DNA from: a virus
DNA: 64,000 nt
Reading direction: 5' to 3' (one strand)
Virus record (IMG/VR): IMGVR_UViG_3300009149_000022
Coordinates: 9,727-73,726 of that record
Every line of letters starts with the position of its first letter. The first letter of the stretch is position 1. Shown one piece after another: positions 40,882 to 49,501 of this stretch. Position numbers and translations under genes: made by a program. Below the pieces are notes generated by a model. It made no database searches. It was given only the letters and a program-made list of their open reading frames with translations, and was not told the DNA's origin.

Positions 40882-41236
40882 ATTTTTTATATTATTTTAC
40901 CTTATTTAATCAATCAAACCTAAACTAATTTAGATATTTTTTTAATTAGTATTACTTCTATTGTATAGAGACTTACAATCGGTGAGTGTTTTTCTTTTTT
41001 TATCACATCCATTACTAAAAAAATAATAAAAGATTTGTTTAATTGATTTTCTTTTTGTATATTAGTATGAGTATTATCATAACTTTTAAACACTATAAAT
41101 ATGTAGAAAATATATAAACAAAATAAAATATATTCACGTAAAAATGCATTTAATAAATAACGAAAAACTTGAAAATAAATACATTTATAAGGTTGAATAT
41201 AACAGGGTATTAATCTAATCAAATTAAACACTAAAT

Positions 41237-41833
41237 ATGCAAAAAGTTAACATAAGAGCGCTAGGAATAGAATTTAAAAAAACAAAATCAGAAAAAACAT
41301 TTAAAAAATTATTCGAATCTTGTAAACCCGGAACCATAAATTTCTATAAGAAATATAACAATACTATAGATGTACTAGAAGATTGCTACAACGAAACACT
41401 TATTTCTATTTGGAATGATATTGACAAAATAGATGTTGAAAAGTATAGTATAAGTACTATGATCTATTTGAAAATGAAACAAAATCTAATTAGACACTAT
41501 AAAAGTGTAGGGGGGCAATTCAATCATTACGATATTGATGACCCAGTAGTGAGTAACATGGTGGTTAACGACGACAAAACCGAAATGACATATGATTTAC
41601 AAGAAAATTATATTAAAGATGAAAGTGTTAAAACTCTTTGGGAAGATATAAAAACTGTGTTAAATAATGACACATCATATAATATATTATATGATAAATA
41701 TGCAAATAATATGAAAACTAAAGAAATTGCTGATAAGTATGCCACAAAACAACAAAATGTTTTAAATAGAATTTTTAACGCAAAGAAAAAAATAGAATCA
41801 AATGAAGATATATATTATGAATTTATCAAATAA
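41237..41833 (+). CDS. Sigma-70/ECF-like sigma factor
   Basis: Region 2-like EDCYNETLISIW..IDK.D...SISTMIY and region 4 HTH MKTKEIADKY....NVLNRIFNAKKKI. Confidence 0.8.
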   Translation: MQKVNIRALGIEFKKTKSEKTFKKLFESCKPGTINFYKKYNNTIDVLEDCYNETLISIWNDIDKIDVEKYSISTMIYLKMKQNLIRHYKSVGGQFNHYDIDDPVVSNMVVNDDKTEMTYDLQENYIKDESVKTLWEDIKTVLNNDTSYNILYDKYANNMKTKEIADKYATKQQNVLNRIFNAKKKIESNEDIYYEFIK

Positions 41834-42317
41834 GATTTTAAATTTTATTTTTCATCTAGATTTTTGGAAAGACTATAAATTGTATAGAAAAAGTAAAAGT
41901 GTACTATATACATTCTTCAAAGAAGAAGATAGTGATTTACAAAAAGCTTTTATTGCAAACTTCGATTATCCCGATGATATGACATCATCTCCCGTTAGAT
42001 TTGAAAATAATTCTGGAGATGTTTATTACACTATAAATTTCAAATCAAAAGAACTATTTGAAAATTCCGGTACAAAAGAAAAGGCATTATCGAACAGTCT
42101 TGTTATATTAGATAAGTATCTACCGTTGGGTATTACACAACATATAGAACCACAAGCACCTATTCACATACCAAATACCTTTACAATTTTGTGTTCATTG
42201 AAATTGATTTCAGAAATCAATATACAAAGTGTAATATTAAATTTTACTATTTGTTTATTAAAAGTTTCTGTGATAATTTCGTTTTTTGCTGGTCTTGTAA
42301 AATATTTATTGTTTTAG
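41817..42317 (+). CDS. Hypothetical protein with C-terminal TM segment
   Basis: Hydrophobic C-terminus. Confidence 0.65.
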   Translation: MNLSNKILNFIFHLDFWKDYKLYRKSKSVLYTFFKEEDSDLQKAFIANFDYPDDMTSSPVRFENNSGDVYYTINFKSKELFENSGTKEKALSNSLVILDKYLPLGITQHIEPQAPIHIPNTFTILCSLKLISEINIQSVILNFTICLLKVSVIISFFAGLVKYLLF

Positions 42318-42349
42318 TTCACTTTAACATTAAAGATTAAATAAAAATT

Positions 42350-42631
42350 ATGAATAACTACGAAAATAACTACGAATACAAAAGAATATGTGAAAAATAT
42401 CCTATGTTGTCTAGGGTTATAAGAAACTCACTTATGAGTCAAGTGACTAATTCTAGTCACAAAGTATCAGACAAAAAGGAAGTATTGAGAGCCCTGAAAA
42501 AGTTCAAGAAAAAGAAAAGATTGAAAGTAATGGAATCGTTCTTTCTGATAGAATCAGAAACAAAAGAATTCACCGACATTATACCAAACATTATTAAATT
42601 TTTCGAAACAATCAAAAACGTAAAAAAATAA
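42350..42631 (+). CDS. Hypothetical protein
   Basis: ORF after GATTAAATA. Confidence 0.6.
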   Translation: MNNYENNYEYKRICEKYPMLSRVIRNSLMSQVTNSSHKVSDKKEVLRALKKFKKKKRLKVMESFFLIESETKEFTDIIPNIIKFFETIKNVKK

Positions 42632-43140
42632 TGACAAAAGAAATACACATAAATCCTATTAACGAAGAAGATTTAGACGACAAAAGAAATGTAATATGCG
42701 AAAATTGTTTTATTGAAGTAGACATAGCTTTAAAAAGTTATGGGGTTTCTTTTGGGGAAGATTCTACTTACGATGATATTTCACTATTACATTCAACAAT
42801 TGCGTATGCATTAAGTAATCACAAAATCAAACACAACCTATCAAACGTTAACATTGAAAAGTTTGAAATACCAAATTCACCATTTAAAACAAAGAAAGGT
42901 GAACCAACAGATAAGTTGTATCAAATGCAGGAATCTGACATTTTACACTTTATTACTAATATGATAATAAATTCTAAAGCTGGGTTTGTCGAACTCAGTA
43001 AAAGTGGATATTTTGAAGGGTTGAATGAAGATATAATGATTGAAAAAACAGGACTGTTATTTCAACTAGGTAGTATGTTCGATAGGTGTATACTTTCCAT
43101 GAATAATAAATATAGTAAATTAATTTTAAATATAAAATAG
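42631..43140 (+). CDS. Hypothetical protein
   Basis: Translationally coupled ORF. Confidence 0.65.
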   Translation: MTKEIHINPINEEDLDDKRNVICENCFIEVDIALKSYGVSFGEDSTYDDISLLHSTIAYALSNHKIKHNLSNVNIEKFEIPNSPFKTKKGEPTDKLYQMQESDILHFITNMIINSKAGFVELSKSGYFEGLNEDIMIEKTGLLFQLGSMFDRCILSMNNKYSKLILNIK

Positions 43141-43147
43141 AAAACCG

Positions 43148-43660
43148 ATGACAAAAGTTAAAGAATTAAAACCAACGAAAAAAGTACAAAGAGTATTGGG
43201 TGCTGATATTGAAACAGCAACTTACGAGCAATTAAGTGAAACTTTCGATAAAGTCAGGAGCGAATTTGAATCTAAGAAATACGAATTATCACTATCACAA
43301 GAATCTATTAGTCTACTATTGATGGACATCTTACCAAATGTAGAATGGGTAGGTCAACAAGCATGGGACATTGCAGAAGCACAAAAAACAGTTACAGATC
43401 TAAAACCCGACAAAGTATTACCGGTTACAAAGGAATCTGTTAGAGCGTTATTTCAATTTGTCGCAACAAATAAATATAAAGGTACAGATAATGTTTATCA
43501 AGTATCTAAATTATTAACGACATTGGCCGAAATTATCCAAAATCAAATAGGTGTGGATGAACAAGTGTTTAGAGATGCTGGATTTGAATTACAGGCTGCT
43601 GAAATGGGTATTACACCAGAAAGGGCTATGGAAGATGCTATTGCCGCACAAGAAAAATAA
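43148..43660 (+). CDS. Hypothetical protein
   Basis: 170 aa ORF. Confidence 0.7.
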   Translation: MTKVKELKPTKKVQRVLGADIETATYEQLSETFDKVRSEFESKKYELSLSQESISLLLMDILPNVEWVGQQAWDIAEAQKTVTDLKPDKVLPVTKESVRALFQFVATNKYKGTDNVYQVSKLLTTLAEIIQNQIGVDEQVFRDAGFELQAAEMGITPERAMEDAIAAQEK

Positions 43661-43670
43661 AATGTAAATT

Positions 43671-44009
43671 ATGAAAAAATTACAAGATAAGTTACCCTTG
43701 ATATCATTAGTTGTTTTGTGTTGCACGTTTTTGTATACGTGCAACACAAATAGAAATGTTAATAAACAAATCAAGAAAAATATAAATTTAGTAAGTACTA
43801 TAGATTCTTTAAAGACTGAAATACAATCACTATCAGATAGTACAATGTCAACAACTGAATTTCAAACAAGACTAGAACTAGAAGGTTATAAAATATCAGC
43901 AAGGAATCTATATTATAACAATGCAATTGTTAGAACTAAAGAACGACCAGATGATATTATGCACAAATATAATCAAGAAATAGATAAATTAACAAAAAAA
44001 TTAAAATAA
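43671..44009 (+). CDS. Membrane-anchored coiled-coil protein (possible spanin/lysis accessory)
   Basis: N-terminal hydrophobic segment with Cys, then coiled coil; immediately upstream of the amidase. Confidence 0.45.
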   Translation: MKKLQDKLPLISLVVLCCTFLYTCNTNRNVNKQIKKNINLVSTIDSLKTEIQSLSDSTMSTTEFQTRLELEGYKISARNLYYNNAIVRTKERPDDIMHKYNQEIDKLTKKLK

Positions 44010-44010
44010 T

Positions 44011-44679
44011 ATGTCAAAATTAACATTTCTTCTCGATCCCGGACACGGTGGTTTAGTTGACGGTAAATACACAACTGCACCTAATTTCGATAAGAATAAT
44101 AAATCTACTTGGAAAAAAAGCTGGTATCACCCAGAAGAAGATTTGGTTTTTTTTGAAGGGGTCTTTAATAGACAGGTTATTAACCTTATTAAAAACATAA
44201 TGTCTTCTAGGGGTATGGAATATTATGACGTGACTACTGGCACAGATGAAGTTAGTGAATATGATATCCCACTTCCTGACAGGGTAAACAACGCTAATAG
44301 TTTCTATGCCGATAATAAAGATTGTGTGTATTTTTCTATGCATAGTAACGCAAGTGGTGTTGGTAAAGCACACGGTATAGAAATATTCACATCCGTAGGA
44401 CAAACCACTAGTGACAAATATGCCACAATAGTATTTGATTCTATTGTAGATTTTTTCCCAAATGAAAAATATAGAATGGATAAGTGGTCAGATGGTGATG
44501 TTGATAAAGAAGCTAACTATTATGTTTTGAAAAATACAAAAATGCCAGCCATGTTATTAGAAATGTGGTTTTTCGATAATCTAATAGATTGTAAAAAAAT
44601 GATTGATGTTGTACTTCAACATCAAGTAGCCAAAGCTATTGTTAATGGTTTCGAAAACATTCAAAAAATTGCTAAATAA
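44011..44679 (+). CDS. N-acetylmuramoyl-L-alanine amidase (Amidase_3), probable endolysin
   Basis: LDPGHGG, E..FN, L..RV..AN, SMHSNA, GIEIF, YVLKNTKMPAMLLE. Confidence 0.93.
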   Translation: MSKLTFLLDPGHGGLVDGKYTTAPNFDKNNKSTWKKSWYHPEEDLVFFEGVFNRQVINLIKNIMSSRGMEYYDVTTGTDEVSEYDIPLPDRVNNANSFYADNKDCVYFSMHSNASGVGKAHGIEIFTSVGQTTSDKYATIVFDSIVDFFPNEKYRMDKWSDGDVDKEANYYVLKNTKMPAMLLEMWFFDNLIDCKKMIDVVLQHQVAKAIVNGFENIQKIAK

Positions 44680-44866
44680 ACGTAAAAATCATTTTCGGTA
44701 TACAAAAGAAAAGGAAACTTTTAAAATAGTTAGTAGAGTTCGTGACATGGGAGATAATCCTTATATTATTAAATTTAGATATACTAATAATACAGAATTT
44801 TTCCTAATGTATTCTGATTTTAAAGAGCAAATAAACATTGGTAAGATAGTGTTTGCTGAATATTAA
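44669..44866 (+). CDS. Hypothetical protein
   Basis: Short ORF; start uncertain. Confidence 0.4.
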   Translation: MLNKRKNHFRYTKEKETFKIVSRVRDMGDNPYIIKFRYTNNTEFFLMYSDFKEQINIGKIVFAEY

Positions 44867-44905
44867 ATATTAATATGATAGTGTTATACAACAAAAGTGA
44901 CGAAT

Positions 44906-45220
44906 ATGAGATTAGATGAAGTCTTATTTAGAATAGAAAAAGAAGCAGAGGATTCAATAACAAAAAACAAAGTAAGAATCAATAGGTTTGTTAGTAAATA
45001 TAAAACCGCTAGACAATGTTTTTATACCGATGACGAAAACGATGAACTATACGATTTCCTTTTTGATATATCGAATGAATATGACATACCAGAAGAAGAT
45101 GTATATTTTATGTTTGTGATGTCTAAATACACACAAGAAGGTGATATATCGAAAACATTCGAAAATGATTTTGCCTTACAAATAACCCTAAGTGAAACAA
45201 CTAAAAAGAAAGAACAATGA
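44906..45220 (+). CDS. Hypothetical protein
   Basis: ORF track. Confidence 0.6.
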   Translation: MRLDEVLFRIEKEAEDSITKNKVRINRFVSKYKTARQCFYTDDENDELYDFLFDISNEYDIPEEDVYFMFVMSKYTQEGDISKTFENDFALQITLSETTKKKEQ

Positions 45221-45480
45221 TTAATACTTGGAATGTAGTAGAAAGAAACAATTCAAAAATTGTCTGGAAAGACATAAACGAAACAAAGTTCGATGAAATT
45301 AAGTATATCGAAAAAACAACAGGTACTGAACCATTTTATTGTACCAACACAAAATCCGTTGTGTTTGTTACATCCTCACCAGATGTTAATATTATCAAAG
45401 GAAATGATTATTCTGAATTAGAAATGATTTCTAGGTATTTAACAACAGAAAATAAACTATATGATTTATTAAAATCATAA
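45217..45480 (+). CDS. Hypothetical protein
   Basis: ATGA-coupled ORF. Confidence 0.6.
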   Translation: MINTWNVVERNNSKIVWKDINETKFDEIKYIEKTTGTEPFYCTNTKSVVFVTSSPDVNIIKGNDYSELEMISRYLTTENKLYDLLKS

Positions 45481-45485
45481 TTACT

Positions 45486-45515
45486 AAGAGCAACTATTAA
45501 AGTTGCTCTTTTTTT
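45486..45515 (+). terminator. Intrinsic terminator
   Basis: AAGAGCAACT/AGTTGCTCTT followed by a T-tract. Confidence 0.8.
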
Positions 45516-45580
45516 GTCCCGAATTTAAAATAAATTTGTGACAAAATCACTTCAATAAGTATAAGAACAAACACAATATT

Positions 45581-46387
45581 ATGAAATCAGAAGTAAGAAA
45601 CATATTAGTAGAATTACACAAAATCACTAATGCACCATTGACCTTTTTCGATATAGAATCCACAGGTATAGATAAAATAACCGATGATATTATACAACTA
45701 TATGTTTGTAAATATGATGGTATAGAATTTATAGAAAGTAGTTCATATTATAACAGTAATGTACCCGTCAGAGAAGAAGCACTCGAAAAGCATGGTATAA
45801 CAAACGAATCTCTAATTGGATACCCATACTTTAGTGAAATAGCAAAGGAAATATACGACAAATATTTTTCTAAGGGCACCATATTGTGTGGATATTGTTC
45901 AAATCAATTTGATATTCCTTTCATAATAGAAAAGTTTTTACAAGCAAAAATTCCAAATGCTATTAACATCTTACAAAATAGAAGGATAGATGTGTATGAA
46001 ATTTATAAACAACTGTATCCAAATACACTAGAAGGTGTGTATTCAAGAATAGTAGGTGGTCCCATGGGAGATGCACACGATGCCAAAAATGATGTTGTTG
46101 CAACCGTTGAAATATTACACAAATTAATACAGTCTAAGGGAGAATATGAATTAATAACAACGTCTGACACCATTGATACGGATAAGTTTTTTAAACGAGT
46201 AGATAATCAATTGTTATTTGCCAAAGGAAAACACAAAGACGAAAACATATTACAAATGGATACTAAAGAATCATTAGGTTTCTTAAAGTGGATGACTAGA
46301 ACACATTCTATTTCTATTCATAGTAGAACAGTTGCAAATAAATTGATTGAAAAGATAGAATCCTCTATTTTGACCAACGCGGATTAA
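45581..46387 (+). CDS. DEDDh 3'-5' exonuclease (DnaQ-like)
   Basis: FDIESTG, HGIT, FDIPF, AHDAKNDV; C-terminal FAKGKHK motif. Confidence 0.9.
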   Translation: MKSEVRNILVELHKITNAPLTFFDIESTGIDKITDDIIQLYVCKYDGIEFIESSSYYNSNVPVREEALEKHGITNESLIGYPYFSEIAKEIYDKYFSKGTILCGYCSNQFDIPFIIEKFLQAKIPNAINILQNRRIDVYEIYKQLYPNTLEGVYSRIVGGPMGDAHDAKNDVVATVEILHKLIQSKGEYELITTSDTIDTDKFFKRVDNQLLFAKGKHKDENILQMDTKESLGFLKWMTRTHSISIHSRTVANKLIEKIESSILTNAD

Positions 46388-46388
46388 T

Positions 46389-46727
46389 ATGATATATTTG
46401 TATTATTTCATTTTTATGATAACTACTAGTATAGTTATATGGTTTCAAACCGTTGCCCCTATAAAATTTTCACACTTTTTACATAAATATTCATTTGTCG
46501 TATATTTAATTGGATTTTTAGGTAGTATACTTTACGTAGAAGCCTCTAAAATAGGTGCAACGGTTTTTCCCAATGCTTGGTCCCTTCGGTTCGTTGCATT
46601 TAGTATAAACACCATTTTCTTTGCAATACTAACACATTTTTTCATAGGTGCTGACTTTACTCCTAAAACTTTAATATGTTTTGGACTAAGTGTTGCAATA
46701 ATATTAATTCAATGTTTTTGGGATTAA
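46389..46727 (+). CDS. Small 4-TM membrane protein (SMR/DMT-like)
   Basis: Four hydrophobic helices. Confidence 0.6.
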   Translation: MIYLYYFIFMITTSIVIWFQTVAPIKFSHFLHKYSFVVYLIGFLGSILYVEASKIGATVFPNAWSLRFVAFSINTIFFAILTHFFIGADFTPKTLICFGLSVAIILIQCFWD

Positions 46728-46749
46728 ATATCAAAACTAACAATTATTT

Positions 46750-48624
46750 ATGAAAGGATTAAACGAATTCAAAAAGGTTGAATTAACAACCGATCAACAG
46801 GAACTAAATGAAAAACTTATTACCTTTGGTGGTAAAGCATATCCTAAATTTGGAAATGTTGTTTTATTAGCGGGCGGTGCCGGCTGTCATATAAAAGGAA
46901 CAGAAGTTTTAATGTATGATGGTTCACACAAAAAAGTAGAAGATATTGTAGTAGGTGATTTACTTATGGGAACAGATAGTACAAAAAGAACTGTTAACGA
47001 ATTACATTATGGTATTGATAAAATGGTTTCTGTAGAATCTAAAGTTGGAAATTATATTTCTAACTTTAGTCACATACACACTTTTGTAGCTAGTTTTGAT
47101 AAATGTGGTTATAAAAAAGACCAAGTTTATGATATGACATTAGAAGAATATACTAAACTAAATGATTCGACCAAAAAGTCATTAAAAATTTTTAGAAATG
47201 AAGAAATAGAATTCGAAAAAGATTCATATTCTTTGAACATTGACCCTTGGATAGTAGGATTTTGGTTAGGTGATGGTACTAGAAAAACCCCTAGTTTTAC
47301 AATAGAAAATAATTCTCAAATTATAAATTATATAAAGGATAATTATGAAGGTAAAGGGTATATATTTAACACAGAACATAAACAAGTTAAACCCAACTGC
47401 AAAACATATTCTTTAATAACCGAATCTAAAAACAATCCTTTTAGAGATTATGTAATAGAAAAGTGTGAAATTAATTCAGAAAAAAGAATTCCAAAAGAAC
47501 TTTTATTATCATCAATAGTTAATAGAAAAAAAGTTTTAGCGGGATTGATAGATTCGGATGGTTATTATGGTGGTGGTGTATATGAAATTTGTACTAAATG
47601 GGAATCATTAAAAAATGATATAGAATTTTTATGTGGGTCATTGGGTTATAAAACAAATACAACAATAAAGAAAGTTAATTATAATGGAGAAATTAAAGAA
47701 TATCAAAGAATAACTATTTCTGGAAATTTTAAAAATTTACCAATAGTTTTAGATTATAAAAAATCACATCAAAATAAAAACAAAAATCCAAATAGAGGAT
47801 CATTCAAAATATGTATTTTAGATGAAATGGAATATTATGGTTTTTCAATTAAAGAAAACGATAAACATTTTATTTTGAAAAACTGGATTGTTCAACATAA
47901 TTCAGGGAAAGGTTTTATTAAAGATAACTTACTAGGTATCGAAGGTCAAGTTTACGATGTTGATGAAGTTAAGCAACTTGCACTTAAATCTGATAAGATT
48001 AAGAAAATGGCACAAGAAGCAACAGGTAAAGATATATCTACTTTTGATTTAAAGAATCCAGATGATGTTGGTACGCTTCATACTATTCTTGATGAAACAC
48101 TTAATGTTATTGATAAAAGAAAATTATCAAGATATGCTGGTATTTTAATGGCACCGGCAGATAGAAAACCAAATCTTATTTTTGATGTTACACTAAAGAA
48201 CTTGAATAAGTTAAGAAGCATTTCAGCAGATATTAAAGAATTAGGATATGAAGGTGTTAATACTCACTTAGTTTGGGTTATTAATTCATATAATGTTGCG
48301 ATGGCACAAAACAAAGAAAGAAGTAGACAAGTACCAGAAGAAATTTTAATGGACACACATAGAGGAGCAGCACAAACAGCTAAAGATATTCTTGATATGG
48401 GTAAAGACATTAAAAAATACTTAGATGGTGATATTTGGTATGCATTCAACAAAAGGGGTGTAGATTCTATAATTGCTAAATCTAACAAAGGGGGTTCTTA
48501 CATTAAAGATGCTAATTACATTAAAGTAAAAGAAGCCGGAAAACCTATTAATAACAAAAAAGTTACCGATGAAGTAGTTAAAAAAATTGCTGGTTATGTA
48601 CCACCAAGTAACTATTGGGGATAA
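46750..48624 (+). CDS. P-loop kinase (AAA_33/zeta-toxin-like) interrupted by an intein
   Basis: Spliced P-loop LAGGAG/SGKGF, DVDE, IFDVT, AMAQNKERSRQVPEEIL..TH. Confidence 0.8.
   Translation: MKGLNEFKKVELTTDQQELNEKLITFGGKAYPKFGNVVLLAGGAGCHIKGTEVLMYDGSHKKVEDIVVGDLLMGTDSTKRTVNELHYGIDKMVSVESKVGNYISNFSHIHTFVASFDKCGYKKDQVYDMTLEEYTKLNDSTKKSLKIFRNEEIEFEKDSYSLNIDPWIVGFWLGDGTRKTPSFTIENNSQIINYIKDNYEGKGYIFNTEHKQVKPNCKTYSLITESKNNPFRDYVIEKCEINSEKRIPKELLLSSIVNRKKVLAGLIDSDGYYGGGVYEICTKWESLKNDIEFLCGSLGYKTNTTIKKVNYNGEIKEYQRITISGNFKNLPIVLDYKKSHQNKNKNPNRGSFKICILDEMEYYGFSIKENDKHFILKNWIVQHNSGKGFIKDNLLGIEGQVYDVDEVKQLALKSDKIKKMAQEATGKDISTFDLKNPDDVGTLHTILDETLNVIDKRKLSRYAGILMAPADRKPNLIFDVTLKNLNKLRSISADIKELGYEGVNTHLVWVINSYNVAMAQNKERSRQVPEEILMDTHRGAAQTAKDILDMGKDIKKYLDGDIWYAFNKRGVDSIIAKSNKGGSYIKDANYIKVKEAGKPINNKKVTDEVVKKIAGYVPPSNYWG
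46885..47901 (+). mobile_element. Intein with LAGLIDADG homing endonuclease (339 aa)
   Basis: CHIKGTEV start, GFWLGDG and LAGLIDSDG, YYGFSI, VQHN/S end. Confidence 0.95.
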
Positions 48625-48643
48625 TCATAATAATAAGAATTAC

Positions 48644-48675
48644 AAAGGGAACTAATATTTTAGTTCCCTTTTTTT
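48644..48675 (+). terminator. Intrinsic terminator
   Basis: AAAGGGAACTAA/TTAGTTCCCTTTTTTT. Confidence 0.8.
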
Positions 48676-48769
48676 GTATAAACAAAAGGTTATGTATATA
48701 GTAAAAAGTATAAATAAAATATTATGCATAATTTCGACATTTCATATTAAATAAATAAAACTATATAAT

Positions 48770-48880
48770 ATGAATTATTGTAATAATTGTGGGAGTGTTG
48801 AAATAAGAAATACTTATGATAATTTAGAAAAAGAATGTGTTGATTGTGCAAACACATGGAAAAAAGGAAAAGAGAACTAA
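48770..48880 (+). CDS. 36-aa zinc-ribbon microprotein (not in the ORF track)
   Basis: MNYCNNCGS...ECVDCANTW; TTAAATA upstream and a terminator at its end. Confidence 0.65.
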   Translation: MNYCNNCGSVEIRNTYDNLEKECVDCANTWKKGKEN

Positions 48881-48932
48881 AATATTGGTTCTCTTTTTTT
48901 GTTTTAATAAGTATAAGATTTAAAATTTTATT

Positions 48933-49499
48933 ATGGCAAAAGATGGATTACCATTACCCTTAGACAGGGTTATTTTATTCAACAAACAAGTTGACCAAAA
49001 AACAATTGGTGAAGTAACACAAAGAATATTAGATATTAATTCTGATGATGAATACTTAAAAGATTTGTATAAATTACACGGGTTAAAGTATAAACCACAA
49101 CCTATCGAAATATTTATAGATTCTTATGGTGGATATGTTTACCAAATAATGGGATTAGTTTCAATTGTTCAAAACTCAAAAACACCTGTTCATACGATTT
49201 GTACTGGTGCTGCTATGAGTTGTGGATTTGTTTTATTAATCGTTGGTCATAAAAGATTTGGATATGAATTAGCAACACCAATGTATCACCAAGTTAGTGC
49301 TGGTATGTGGGGAACAATTAAATCAATGGAAGAAGATGTTTCTGAAACAAAAAGACTTCAAAAGGTTCTTGAAAAGTTGACTTTAGAAAATACTAAGATA
49401 ACTAAAAAGAAATTGAAGAAAATTTATAAAACTAAAAAAGATTGGTTCATGACAACAGATGATGCATTAGAATTTGGTGTTATTGATGAAAAAATATAG
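48933..49499 (+). CDS. clpP: ClpP-like protease subunit
   Basis: IDSYGGYV, GAAMSCG, MYHQ, DWFMT..ALEFGVID. Confidence 0.93.
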   Translation: MAKDGLPLPLDRVILFNKQVDQKTIGEVTQRILDINSDDEYLKDLYKLHGLKYKPQPIEIFIDSYGGYVYQIMGLVSIVQNSKTPVHTICTGAAMSCGFVLLIVGHKRFGYELATPMYHQVSAGMWGTIKSMEEDVSETKRLQKVLEKLTLENTKITKKKLKKIYKTKKDWFMTTDDALEFGVIDEKI

Positions 49500-49501
49500 A
49501 T

